27,694 nucleotides of DNA from Chiloscyllium plagiosum (GCF_004010195.1 NC_057749.1:12211650-12239343), one strand, 5' to 3'; positions 11,758-22,665 are shown, counted from the first letter of the stretch. Notes: generated by a model not told the origin, from the sequence alone. A program made the numbers and translations.

Positions 11758-14280
11758 CGCTTATCGGCCTTTTGGCCATCCTGCAACAGCTTCCACTGTT
11801 GCTGGCTACGTCCAGGCCGGTCATTCTGGCTGGAGACTTCAACTGTAACATCGATGCAGATGGACGATCCGGCGGGGGGGACAGTAAATTGGACGCCACG
11901 TCCAGAAATCTGATGGACACGGTCAAAGACGCCAAGCTGCACGACGTCTTCAGCACCCCTACAGACGGAGCGCAGCGTAGATATACATGGTCACGGGCAG
12001 ACGGGTCTATCCGCTCAAGGATAGATTACCTGTTTGTGTCCCGAATGCTCTCGGTCAGATCAACCGACGTCAAGCCGGTGTTCTTCTCTGACCACTGCCT
12101 CCTGCTGGCCGACTGTCACCTACAGGATGAGCAGCGGGCTGGTAAGGGAACGTGGAAACTGAACACCAAGCTGTTGACCACGGGAAACATCGAGGAGCTC
12201 AAGACGGATTACGCAGGTTGGAGAACCGTGAAGCCCCTCTGAGTCTCCAGCGGACTGGTGGGAAACAGTAAAAGGGAACATCAAGAGGTTCTTCATCCTC
12301 AAAGGTGTTCAGGAGGCGAGAGAGAGGCGGGGAAAACTGTCCCAGCTCCAGGAAAGTATGCAGAACCTGCTCCTGCTGCAGACGTTGGGGGTCAATGTCA
12401 CGGAGGACCTCAAGGAGGTGAAAGGCCAGCAAGCCTTGCTCTTTGCTTCGGAGGGCTCCAAGATAATCTTNNNNNNNNNNNNNNNNNNNNNNNNNNNNNN
12501 NNNNNNNNNNNNNNNNNNNNNNNNNNNNNNNNNNNNNNNNNNNNNNNNNNNNNNNNNNNNNNNNNNNNNNNNNNNNNNNNNNNNNNNNNNNNNNNNNNNN
12601 NNNNNNNNNNNNNNNNNNNNNNNNNNNNNNNNNNNNNNNNNNNNNNNNNNNNNNNNNNNNNNNNNNNNNNNNNNNNNNNNNNNNNNNNNNNNNNNNNNNN
12701 NNNNNNNNNNNNNNNNNNNNNNNNNNNNNNNNNNNNNNNNNNNNNNNNNNNNNNNNNNNNNNNNNNNNNNNNNNNNNNNNNNNNNNNNNNNNNNNNNNNN
12801 NNNNNNNNNNNNNNNNNNNNCACTGTTGAATGCAGATTACAAAATTCTGTCAAAGGTAATCGCCAACCGGGTCAGGTCTGCTCTAGGGTCGGTGATTCAC
12901 CCTGACCAAACCTGTGCTGTACTGGGCAGGAAGATCACTGAGAGTCTCGCACTCCTCAGGGATACGATCGCCTATGTGCAGGACAGAGGGTTGGACACCT
13001 GCCTGATCAGCCTGGACCAGGATATCACACACGTATATGAGAGATGTTCTCTCCAAAATGGGCTTTGGGGAGGGAATCTGCAATTGGATCAGACTGCTCT
13101 ACACCAACATTGTCAGTGCAGTCTCAATCAACGGGTGGGAATCAGATAGCTTCCCAGTCAGATCTGGAGTCAGGCAGGGCTGCCCCCTCTCTCCTGTTTT
13201 GTGTGTGTGCTGCACAGAGCCATTTGCCGAGTCCATCAGGAAGGATGCGAGCCTGAGAGGGGTGACTATTCCTGGCAGCGGGGGCCTGCAGGTTAAGGCC
13301 TCTCTGTACATGGATGACGTCGCCATTTTCTGCTCGGATCCGCTGTCCGTGCGCAGACTCATGTGCATTTGTGACCAGTTCGAACGGGCCTCGGGTCCAA
13401 GGTAAACCGAGGCAAGAACGAGGCCATGCTCGTCGGGAACTGGGCCGACCAATCCTCGATCCCCTTCACCGTCAGGACCGACCACCTGAAGGTGCTGGGT
13501 ATTTGGTTCGGAGGGGCTGGGGCGTGCGCCAAGTCTTGGGAGGAGCGTATCAGCAAAGTGAGGCAGAAACTGGGCAGATGGAAGCTACTGTCGCTCTTCA
13601 TCGCGGGAAAAAACCTGGTCATCAGGTGTGAGGCACTGTCATTGCTATTATAAAGATCTGGGCAACGGGGGAAAAAATACACCCAATGCCACCCTCACCC
13701 TGATGGCCACCTTTGTGTGTGGCTGCATCAAGCTGTGCGTGGATCCCCGGTACGCAAACACCAAGTGTCACTACGTACTGAGGTTCTACCTGTCGAGGTT
13801 CGTCCCGAGCAGCGCCGTGACGCGGGACTCCGTGCTCTACAGTCTGTTCCCCGGGACGCACACCGAGACGAACATCAACTGTGCCTGGAGGATCATCAAC
13901 TCGGTGAAGGACGCTCTCTGGGTGGTCCGAAACCTGCTGATCTTCCAGCTGAAGGAGTTGACCCCGACTGAGTGTTGCAGACTGGCACAATCCATGTGGG
14001 ACGCGCTGAAGCTTGGGGCAGCTGCCGCCAAGGCACGGTGGGGAAAGACCACTGTGTAAAGTCTGCCTGCCTAACGAAGAACAAGGGGCCCATGCAGTCA
14101 TTTGGGCTCTGCTGACGCCTCAGCTAATCAAATGGGCATATGATTGAAAAATGTACAGACCTGTATAGAAATGATAAATTCTGATCTCTGTATGTACATG
14201 TTTACATATACATGGCATGACCAACTGTACAGACCATCAAATTATTTTATGAATAAAGTATATTTTTGAAATAAAAAAAA
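11758..14280 (+). mobile_element. Tx1-clade (L1 superfamily) LINE, 5'-truncated: APE endonuclease + RT + C-terminus, with internal deletions
   Basis: ILAGDFNC, YTW, SRIDYLFVS, FSDH (APE); LLNADYKILSKVIANR, DQTCAV, GVRQGCPLSP, LYMDDV (RT); AATAAA 14252-14257 and poly(A) to 14280; short tcat duplication; high GC with CpGs retained. Confidence 0.95.
12471..12820. other. Assembly gap (350 N)
   Basis: Run of N inside the Tx1 element. Confidence 1.
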
Positions 14281-15017
14281 TCATAACACTGAAGGCCAGA
14301 GGCCTAGTCCAGGAGAGTGCGACGAGTGTGGATAGTGTGCATTCTTGGTGGCACAGACTCGATGGGCTAAGAAATCTCTATTGCATTCTATGATTCACGT
14401 ATCCTTGTGCTTTGTTCACATTATCTACGCTGCTATTAATCCAAGATGGAGGACAGGAAAACTTTCTGGCTGTAACAGCTGCTCCTTTGAGGTACTTTTA
14501 GGTGCTGGACGTGATTTCCTCGAATTCCAGGAGCACCAATTACTGTTTTATATGCTGTTGCATTGTTTTGGAACTTAGGAGAAAAAGGAAGTCAAAACAA
14601 CAGTTTTAAAAGGGAGAAGAACAGACAAAAAGGAAGCACATGGTGAGGTCAGTGCAGGAGAGAGAGAGAAAGAAAAAAACTGGCACTGCCTTTGCTGTTT
14701 GAATTCATGAACCGCTGGACATTGGAGTGCATCCGGGAAAATTAATAAACAGTGAAATTCACAACTGATCTTGGAGGAACTATTGGGTGAAGTTCACAAC
14801 ACAGAAGCAGATAAGTGTATTGTTGTTTCAAGTGTGACCTACAGAAAGGCTGCAATAGTGGGCAGAGTGGGTTCTTTCTTGATTATATGTTTTTGGAGAT
14901 ATATCTCTTGATTAAACTTAAAATATAAGCCATAACTATTAACTTAACCTGGGGCAGAGTTTGTAGAAGAATAAGACGGTGTTATTTTCTGGGTCTGTAG
15001 ATTGTGAAGAAGCAAAA

Positions 15018-15949
15018 ATGGCCTTTAGTAGAGTGAAATGTGCTTCTTGTCAGATTTGGGAGTTTAAAGAGAGTTTAAGGGTTACTGCGGATTATATCGG
15101 CCATAAATACTGTTGGTTGCGAATCTTATCAGATCGAATGGATCGATTGGAGAGACAGTTAGAAGCAATGAGAAATTTGCAACAACAACAGTATGTGATG
15201 GATGGCAATTATAGGAATGGGGGAAAAGTCTCAGATACAGTCACATAGATGGGTTAACTTCAGGAAAGGTAAGAGTGGTAGGCAGCTCGTGCAGGAGTCT
15301 TTTATGGCTATACCCATTTCAAACAATTATGCTGTTTTGGAAAATGTAGATGGGGAATGGATTTTCAGGGGAACGTAGCACGAACAGCCAAGTTTCTGGT
15401 ATTGAGACTGGCTCTAATGCAATGAGGGGTTCCAAGAGATCAATTCTATTTGGTGATTCTCTGGTCCGAGATATAGACAGACGTTTCTGTGGCCAATAGC
15501 GAAACATCAGAAGGGTGTGTTGCTTCCCTGGTGCCAGGATCAAGGATGTCTCCGAGAAGGTGCAGAGTGTTCTCACGGGGGAGAGGGGCCAGCAAGAGGT
15601 CATTGTCCACATTGGAACCAACGATATAGGAAGGGAAAAGGTTGAGAGTCTGAAGGGAGATTACAGAAAGTTAGGCAGGAATTTAAAAACGAGGTCCTCG
15701 AGAGTAGTAATATCTGGATTACTCCCAGTGCTACGAGCTAGTGAGGGCAGGAATAGGAGGATACAGCAGATGAATGCATTGCTGAGGTGGTGATGTATCG
15801 AAGAAGGATTCACATTTTTGGATCATTGGAATCTCTTTTGGGGTAGAAGTGACCTGCACAAGAAGGACGGATTGCATCTAAATTGGAAGGGGGCTAAAAT
15901 ACTGGCAGGGAAATTTGCTGGAGCTGCTCGGAAGCATTTAAACTGTTAA
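15018..15949 (+). pseudogene. CR1 ORF1: Zn-finger/leucine zipper plus SGNH (GDSL) esterase domain, disrupted
   Basis: MAFSRVKCASCQIWE..MDRLERQLEAMR; GDSL at 15452; CFPGARIKDV; HIGTND; ISGLLP; DGLHLN at 15866. Confidence 0.92.
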
Positions 15950-16060
15950 GGTGGGGGGGTGGGACCCAGGGAGAGGAAAGAGGTCAATCTGAGACTGATA
16001 CAGTTGAGAACAGAAGCAAATCAAACAGACAGGGCAGGCAGAGACAAGGTAGGACTAATA

Positions 16061-17609
16061 AACTGCATTTATTTCAATGCAAGAGGCCTAACAGGGAAGG
16101 CAGATGAACTCAGGGCATAGTTAGGAACATGGGACTGGGGATATCATAGCAATTACAGAAACATGGCTCAGGGATGGGCAGGACTGGCAGCTTAATGTTT
16201 CGGGGTACAAATGCTACTGGAAGAATAGAAAGGGAGACAAGAGAGGAGGGGACGTGGCACTTTTGATAAGGGATAGCATTACAGCTGTGCTGAGGGAGGA
16301 TATTCCTGGAAATACATCCGGAGAAATTATTTGGGTGGAACTGAGAAATAAGAAAGGGATGATCACATAATTGGGATTGTATTATAGACCCCCTAAACAG
16401 TCAGAGGGAAATTGAGAAACAAATTTGTAAGGAGATCTCAGCTATCTGTAAGAATAATAGGGTAGTTATGGTAGGGGATTTTAACTTTCCAAACATAGAC
16501 TGGGTCTGCCATAGTGTTAAGGCTTTAGATGGAGAGGAATTTGTTAAGTGTGTACAAGAAAGTTTTCTGACTCAGTATGTACCTACTAGAGAAGGTGTAA
16601 AACTTGACCACCTCTTGGGAAATAAGGCAGGGCAGGTGACTGAGGTGTCAGTGGGGGAGCACTTTGGGGCCAGCCACCATAATTCTATTAGATTTAAAAT
16701 AGTGATGGAAAAGGATAGACCAGATCTAAAAGTTGAAGTTCTAAATTGGAGAAAGGCCAATTTTGATGGTATTAGGAAAGAACTTTCGAAAGCTGATTGG
16801 GGGCAGATGTTCACACTTAAAGGTACGACTGGAAAATGGGAAGCCTTCAAAAATTCGATAACGAGAATCCAGAGAAAGTATATTCCTGTTTGGGTGAAAG
16901 GAAAGGCTGGTTGGTATAGGGAATGCTGAATGACTAAAAAAATTGAGAGTTTGGTTAAGAAAAAGAAGGAAGCATATGTAAGGTATAGACAGGATGGATC
17001 AAGTGAATCCTTAGGAGAGTATAAAGGCAGTAGGAGTATACAGAAGAGGGAAATCAGGAGGGCAAAAAGGGGACACGAGATAGCTTTGGCAAATAGAATT
17101 AAGGAGAATCCAAAGGGTTTTTACAATTACGTTAAGGATGAAAGGGTAACTAGAGAGAAAATAGGGCCCCTCAAAGATCAGGAGAAAGTGAGGACTGCAG
17201 ATGCTGGAGATCAGAGCTGAAAATGTGTTGCTGGAAAAGCGCAGCAGGTCAGGCAGCATCCAAGGAGCAGGAGAATCGACGTTTCAGGCATGAGCCTTCC
17301 CGAAACGTCGATTCTCCTGCTCCTTGGATGCTGCCTGACCTGTTGCGCTTTTCCAGCAACACATTTTCACCCCACAAAGATCAGCAAAGCTGCCTTTGTG
17401 TGGAGCCGCAGAAAATGGGGGAGATACTAAACGAGTATTTTGCATCAGTATTTACTGTGGAAAAGGATATGGAAGATGTAAACTGTAGGGAAATAGATGG
17501 TGACATCTTGTAAAATGTCCAAATTACAGAGGAGGAAGTCTCTGGATGTCTCAAAATGCATAAAAGGTGGATAAATCATCAGGACCTGATCAGGTGTACC
17601 CTAGAACTC
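16061..17609 (+). pseudogene. CR1 ORF2 APE endonuclease and linker, disrupted; RT core missing
   Basis: YFNARGL, IAITETWL, YYRPP, VGDFNFPNIDW, LDHLLGN, IKENPKGFYNYVK, ILNEYFASVFT, KSSGPDQVYPR. Confidence 0.92.
17182..17369. mobile_element. PLE-derived fold-back element inserted in CR1 ORF2
   Basis: 36-nt tail 17182-17217, then inverted arms ~17218-17288 and ~17299-17369; 15-bp TSD cccctcaaagatcag (17167-17181) / ccccacaaagatcag (17370-17384); hammerhead CTGAAGA core deleted at the centre. Confidence 0.92.
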
Positions 17610-17656
17610 AATACTCTGACCAATAAAGGAAAGCATACCAAACGTCTTCTTCACTA

Positions 17657-18235
17657 GGGTAGCGAAGGTGGCATTTGGTATGCTTTCCTTTCTTTGTCAG
17701 AGTATTGAGTACAGGAGTTGGGAGGTCATGTTGCGGATGTCCAGGACATTGGTTAGGCCACTGTTGGAATATTGCTTGCAATTCTGGTGTCCTTCCTATC
17801 GGAAAGATGCTGTGAAACTTGAAAGGGTTCAGAAAAGATTTACAAGGATGTTGCCAGGGTTGGAGGATTTGAGCTATAGGGAGAGGTTGAACAGGCTGGG
17901 GCATCGGAGGCTGAGGGGTGACCTTACAGAGGTTTACAAAATTATGAGGAGCATGTATAGTGTAAATAGACAAAGTCTTTTCCTTGGCGCTGGGGAGTCA
18001 AGAACTAGAGGGCATAGGTTTAGGGTGAGTGGGGAAAGATATAAAGAGAAAGTGGTGGAGGCTGGTACAATTGCAACATTTAGAGGCATTTGGATGTGTA
18101 TATGAATAGGAAGGGTTTGGAGGGATATGGGCCAGGTGCTGGCAGGTGGGACGAGATGGAGTTGGGATATCTGGTCGGCAAGGACGGGTTGGATCGACGG
18201 GTCTGTTTCCATGCAGTACATCTCTATGACTCTAT
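17657..18235 (+). mobile_element. CR1 3' portion preceded by an inverted duplication (17606-17656)
   Basis: ORF RTLVRPLLEYCLQFWCP..LERVQKRFTRMLPG; tail ctctatgactctat. Confidence 0.93.
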
Positions 18236-18368
18236 CATTACTCCTAACTCCTAGAAGATTTTTTGAAATTTTTTGCCGATGGGATGTGAACTAGGCTAGA
18301 TTGCAGGCTAGGAATGTGTTGCTGGAAAAGCGCAGCAGGTCACGCAGCATCCAGGGAACAGGAGAATC

Positions 18369-18396
18369 GACGTTTCGGGCATAAGCCCTTCTTCAG
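18369..18396 (-). ncRNA. Minimal type-I hammerhead ribozyme motif
   Basis: CTGAAGA-A-GGGC-TTAT-GCCC-GAAA-CGTC on the minus strand. Confidence 0.8.
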
Positions 18397-18461
18397 GAAT
18401 GAGGAAAGTTTGTCCAGCAGGCTAAGATAAAAGGTAGGGAGGAGGGACTTGGGGGAGGGGC

Positions 18462-18785
18462 AGGAGGAGGTGCAAGACTTGCGCCCACACCTCCCCCCTC
18501 AACTCCCAAGGCCCCAAAGGAAACTTCCATATCCGCCACAGATTCACCTGTACCTCCACACACATCATCTATTGCATCCTCTGCACCCGATGTAGCCTCC
18601 TCTATATTGGGGAGGCAGGCCGGCTACTTGCGGAGCGTTTCAGAGAACACCTCTTGGACACCCGGACCAACCAACCCAACCACCCTGTAGCCCAACATTT
18701 CAATTCCCCCTCCCACTCCACCAAGCATATGCAGGTCTTTGGACTCCTCCATCATCAGACCACAGCGAAACGACGGTTGGAGGAA
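18462..18785 (+). pseudogene. PLE GIY-YIG endonuclease fragment (open frame, no ATG, C-terminus deleted)
   Basis: RRRCKTCAHTSPLNSQGPKGNFHIRHRFTCTSTHIIYCILCTRCSLLYIGEAGRLLAERFREHLLDTRTNQPNHPVAQHFNSPSH..RRLEE. Confidence 0.93.
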
Positions 18786-18872
18786 TTCCACCTATCACAT
18801 TTCCGACGCCCCTCCCCCAAGTCCCTCCTCCCTACCTTTTATCTTAGCCTGCTGGACACACTTTCCTCATTC

Positions 18873-18900
18873 CTGAAGAAGGGCTTATGCCCGAAACGTC
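18873..18900 (+). ncRNA. Minimal type-I hammerhead ribozyme motif
   Basis: CTGAAGA-A-GGGC-TTAT-GCCC-GAAA-CGTC; predicted cleavage after GUC (18900). Confidence 0.8.
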
Positions 18901-19311
18901 GATTCTCCTGTTCCCTGGATGCTGCCTGACCTGCTGCGCTTTTCCAGCAACACATTTCCAGCTCTGATCTTCAGCATCTGCAGACCTCACTTTCTCCTCA
19001 TAGATTGCAGGCTAGACCAGCATTTATATCCATCCTTAATTTCCATGAAGAATGCGGCAGCAAGCTGCCTTCTGAAACACAGAAGTCCTTAAAGTGTAAA
19101 AACACCCCGCAGTGCTTTGGGGAAGGTGCGCCAGAATTTTGACTGAGTGACTGTGAAGGAGTAGTGATATATTTCCAAGAACAATGAGCACCTTGGAGGG
19201 GAACCTGCAGGTGGTGTTCCCATGTATCTCCTGCTCTTGTCCTACTAAGCATTAGAGGTCAGGAGTTTAGGATGCGCTGCAGAGGAGTCGTGATGAGTTA
19301 CTGCATTTTGG

Positions 19312-19980
19312 TTAATTTGATTTATTTATTGCCACAGAGAAAAGTGTTCTAAAGTGTCGCCATTCCGGCACCATTTTAAAACATTGAAAAATAAACCAAA
19401 ACAGAATATAAAGGCAGAAAAATAAAAGAAAGTGTTCAACTTTACAGTCCTTCTTGTTAGGTGCTCTGCAACAGGCAGTGGGCATTGTAACTATGCATGA
19501 GTCCGTTTTGCCACGCCACCACTGCCAGAACCAAAGTTGCCACTCTTCAGCACCATCTCGCCTCCACCAACACCCTCACAACTGAGTCCTCACTGGACCT
19601 CACCAATACAGATGCCACAATGCTGCTCAGTAGCACGCCAGACAAAACTTGACTTTATCCCTGCAATTCCACTTCGAGCCCACCTCGCCGATGCAGCCGC
19701 TGATAATGTCACCGGGTCTCACATGGGGCACAAACTCACTTCTACCTCCATGACTCTGTGCTGGAAGCAGACACCACCAGGAACCCAAACTCACGTCTGC
19801 CATAGCAGGCATGAGTCAGCACCAGGACCACCTCCTGCCAATGTCATCACTGCAACCAAGCTCTTCATCAAGTAGTAAAATAAAGAGAGTGAGAGAAACA
19901 GAGAGAAAAAAAAAGAGAAAAGAAAAGCAGATGGACCAAACAAGCCCCAGGCTCAAAAGCCCTACTCCACCGAAGATTTT
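19312..19980 (-). repeat. Unclassified, probably non-autonomous retroposon
   Basis: Minus strand: ggtggagtagg start, pyrimidine tract, G-rich body, T-rich 3' part ending aataaataaatcaaatt; no recognisable protein domain. Confidence 0.4.
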
Positions 19981-20440
19981 CTTGATGTAAACACAAACCA
20001 TTCCTCACCCCTGCTTTTATATAGTTAACTATGTCTCAAACTGGTCATTCTCCACAATGCAACATATATGGTCACTAAGACACTCAGGATCGACAGAAAG
20101 AGACAACTATGAGCAAACAAAAATACCCTGGATTTTCCAGTGCTGGTGAGAGTCTATGTCAACTTAAACTCTTCCATATAAACATGCAGATCATACTGCA
20201 AACCTCAGAAACAGAATATATTACTACCTAATCTAGTGATATTTTGGTCCTGCAAAAAAAAAGTTCATTGTATTGTTTACGTAGTAAATGGAGAGGTTAC
20301 ATTCAGTAGTAAAAATAGATTTTCGTCTGTACAATGAATACTATCTAGGTGCTAATACATGCATTTATAAAGAGTTGAACACAAGGTTCATAGACATCCT
20401 TGAAATTAATGGGTCAAAGCTATTCCATTGATAAATGCTC

Positions 20441-20674
20441 TAGATTAGGTTAGATTACTTAGTGTGGAAACAGACCCTTCGGCCCAACAAGTCCACATCA
20501 ACCCTCCGAAGAACAACCCACCAGACCCATTCCCCTACATTTACCTAACACTACAGGCAATTTAGCGTGGCCAATTCACCTAACCTGCATATCTTTGGAC
20601 TGTGGGAGGAAACCGGAGCACCCGGAGGAAACCACGCAGACACGGCGAGAATGTGCAAATTCCACAGAGTGAGT
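20441..20674 (-). mobile_element. HE1-type V-SINE, 5'-truncated
   Basis: Reverse complement of the V-domain and tail of the SINE at 22666-22974; (TAATC)n-like tail. Confidence 0.93.
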
Positions 20675-21925
20675 GCAAGCTGTTCTACTTAAAAACTCCT
20701 TTAGTTCATATACCTACCATTATACTGAATTGTCTATTTGAACAAAAAGACAAAATTATGAAACAGTGCACACAATTTGACATAGCTAAGTGTGATACAA
20801 GTTAACCACAATCAAAACATGCAGTATGAACTTGGTAGATCATAGTAGATTAACAGCATCATGTATGACAATGTAATCTGCCCTTGTAGCCAAACAAACC
20901 TTTCGTCAGGAACCTATGTTTCTAATATTGCAAGCCCAAAATATTCCATAATGAAGAAAATACAAATCAGTAAACACAGTACGCCCAAGTCATAACTATC
21001 AAATCAAATGGAAGATGGTACCAGATTAAAACAAAAACAGACAGCAATTCAGGAAATACAACGAGATCTGCATGTAATTCAGGATCTGCATGTAATAAAT
21101 ACATAACATACTGTCATACAGGCATTGCTGTAAACTTTGGTTGAATGCTTCTGCTGGATTTGGCACAATGATGTTTTTATACATAGATTATATTTTATTG
21201 CTGAAGACCTAGGGCACAGCATTTCAACAGACTACATCAATTCCATATAATGTTGGTGATTTCCAAACTGAAGAAAAATATGAAATAATTTTATGTCTAT
21301 TAAACCAAATTGTATGGATTACTCTGAATTTTAGATTAAGACAATTCAGTTACCTCAATAAAATTCACAACTACGCTAATTCTTAAGACCGAAGGTATAA
21401 TTAGAACATTGATATCAAGGAAACATTCAATGCTTGTATGACATCACCGAAAAGCATCTTAATCAGAACTGCAGCAAAATCTCTAACTTAATCTGAATTT
21501 TAAAAACTGTCATTTTAATACTTCCAGTACCAGAATTAAAACACCGCCAGTTACTATCAGCAATTAAAGTAAAATTCACATTAAATAAGCAGTAAAATGC
21601 CTAACAACAGAAGATAAATGCAATGAGTGAAATACTTTGGCAGAATAACAGCAATAAAAAGCTTTAGCCTTTCATCCTCAGAATTAATGTACAGTATATT
21701 GAAAGACCAGGCTTTAGAATTTCAACAGTAAGCAATTATCCTTTAATTAACCCACACACGAGCTTCGGATGCCATTTTATCCGACAGAGATTTTCACAAA
21801 AAAGGCATTTAGCTGAAAATGTTTAAACACAAAATAAGAAAAATAAAACCTTCCGTCCTACCTAATTGTATAACCTTGACATTACCAAGGGACTAAAACG
21901 AAATAGCCAAAAAATAAAGACTGAC

Positions 21926-22027
21926 CTGTTTTCATGAAGATAAATGATCGGGGAAAATATGATAAAATAAAAAATTCAAATTCATTGCACCAGACCAAAA
22001 GAACACTGCCAGAAGTCATGCCGTAGA
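21926..22027 (-). other. Candidate 102-nt 5' exon of the minus-strand gene (ATG at 22019 opens MTSGSVLLVWCNEFEFFILSYFPRSFIFMKT)
   Basis: Acceptor tttttcactctcag; donor CAG|gtcagt; upstream donors GAG|gtgaat (22142/22141) and GAG|gtaaga (22067/22066). Confidence 0.4.
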
Positions 22028-22139
22028 CTGAGAGTGAAAAATTCATTTGGGGTATTTAGCTCTTACCTCAGTTTATTGCTATGCAGCTACAAATCGGTTT
22101 AATAGGGACCGTTGTGTTATGCTGTTTCTTTCACAATTC

Positions 22140-22345
22140 ACCTCAGTGGCTGTCCCCCGCAAACGGACGCACTCTGACTGCGCGCGCAGCCTACCAGCAC
22201 CGCCTAATTCGCACTGTCACTCAAGGTTAGCCACGCCCCGGCGGCCCAAGAGAAGTCCACACAAGCTCCGCCCCCTTCTCACGCGTCACCTCGCCACGGC
22301 AATAAACCACGCCCCCTCCACACGGACCCGCCCCCTCCACCGATT
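22140..22345 (-). promoter_or_regulatory. CpG-rich TATA-less promoter / first exon
   Basis: Four same-orientation Sp/KLF GC boxes (22230-22239, 22266-22275, 22306-22316, 22327-22336); NRF1-like palindrome ctgcgcgcgcag 22178-22189; half-CRE 22284-22288; CpG-dense non-repeat sequence next to minus-strand splice donors. Confidence 0.75.
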
Positions 22346-22520
22346 CCATCGAACATTCATCCCAGTACCAGGCGTTACTCAAATTCCTTCAGTGACAGAG
22401 CCACATGAGGTAGCCATCGTTGGCTATTCGGCAGTCTCAGAATAATTCAATGAATTTAAACTTAATTTAAATAAAACGGTCCGCAGCTGAAGAATGTAGG
22501 GATTTGAACTGCTGTTACGC

Positions 22521-22650
22521 CATTCCTGATGAAGGGCTTTTGCCCGAAACGTCGATTTTCCTGCTCGGATGCTGCCTGACCTGCTGTGCTTTTCCACCAC
22601 CACTCTAATCTAGACTCTGATTTCCAGCATCTGCAGTCCTCATTTTTGCC
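22521..22650 (+). mobile_element. PLE 3' terminus with canonical-core hammerhead (22526-22553)
   Basis: CTGATGA-A-GGGC-TTTT-GCCC-GAAA-CGTC followed by ggatgctgcctgacctgctg..ccagcatctgcagtcctca. Confidence 0.9.
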
Positions 22651-22665
22651 CATTTGCCTGCCCAT

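Larger units (their letters stand above)
14435..17609 (+). mobile_element. CR1 LINE with 5'UTR, ORF1 and N-terminal half of ORF2 (pseudogenised)
   Basis: Probable 5'UTR starting near ccaagatggagg (YY1-like motif); ORF1 and ORF2 motifs listed separately; many stops and frameshifts. Confidence 0.92.
18312..19000 (+). mobile_element. Penelope-like element (Neptune-type), truncated, with inverted pLTR arms, GIY-YIG domain and two hammerhead motifs
   Basis: Arms ~18313-18461 and ~18808-18957; perfect 15-bp TSD tagattgcaggctag (18297-18311, 19001-19015). Confidence 0.95.
18275..19306 (-). mobile_element. Old non-LTR LINE 3' end (clade uncertain: L2/RTEX-like), split by the PLE insertion
   Basis: Minus strand decayed RTRA..WKYI..SFTV-QSK-W--LP type C-terminus, then ataaatgctggtctagcc..cacatcccatc terminus. 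Confidence 0.55.

Noticed and set aside
10633..12905. Long ORFs of 147-263 aa in the ORF track
   Set aside because: They are open only because they cross N gaps
18312..19000. DNA transposon or MITE interpretation of the inverted-repeat elements
   Set aside because: Asymmetric tails, variable long TSDs, GIY-YIG domain and hammerheads all indicate Penelope-like retroelements
19990..21900. Intronic snoRNA or miRNA in the repeat-poor region
   Set aside because: No properly spaced C/D boxes with a terminal stem and no clear long hairpin seen by eye
22047..22445. 132-aa plus-strand ORF over the CpG patch
   Set aside because: Non-ATG start, low-complexity Pro/Arg content expected from GC-rich promoter DNA, and splice signals point to the minus strand
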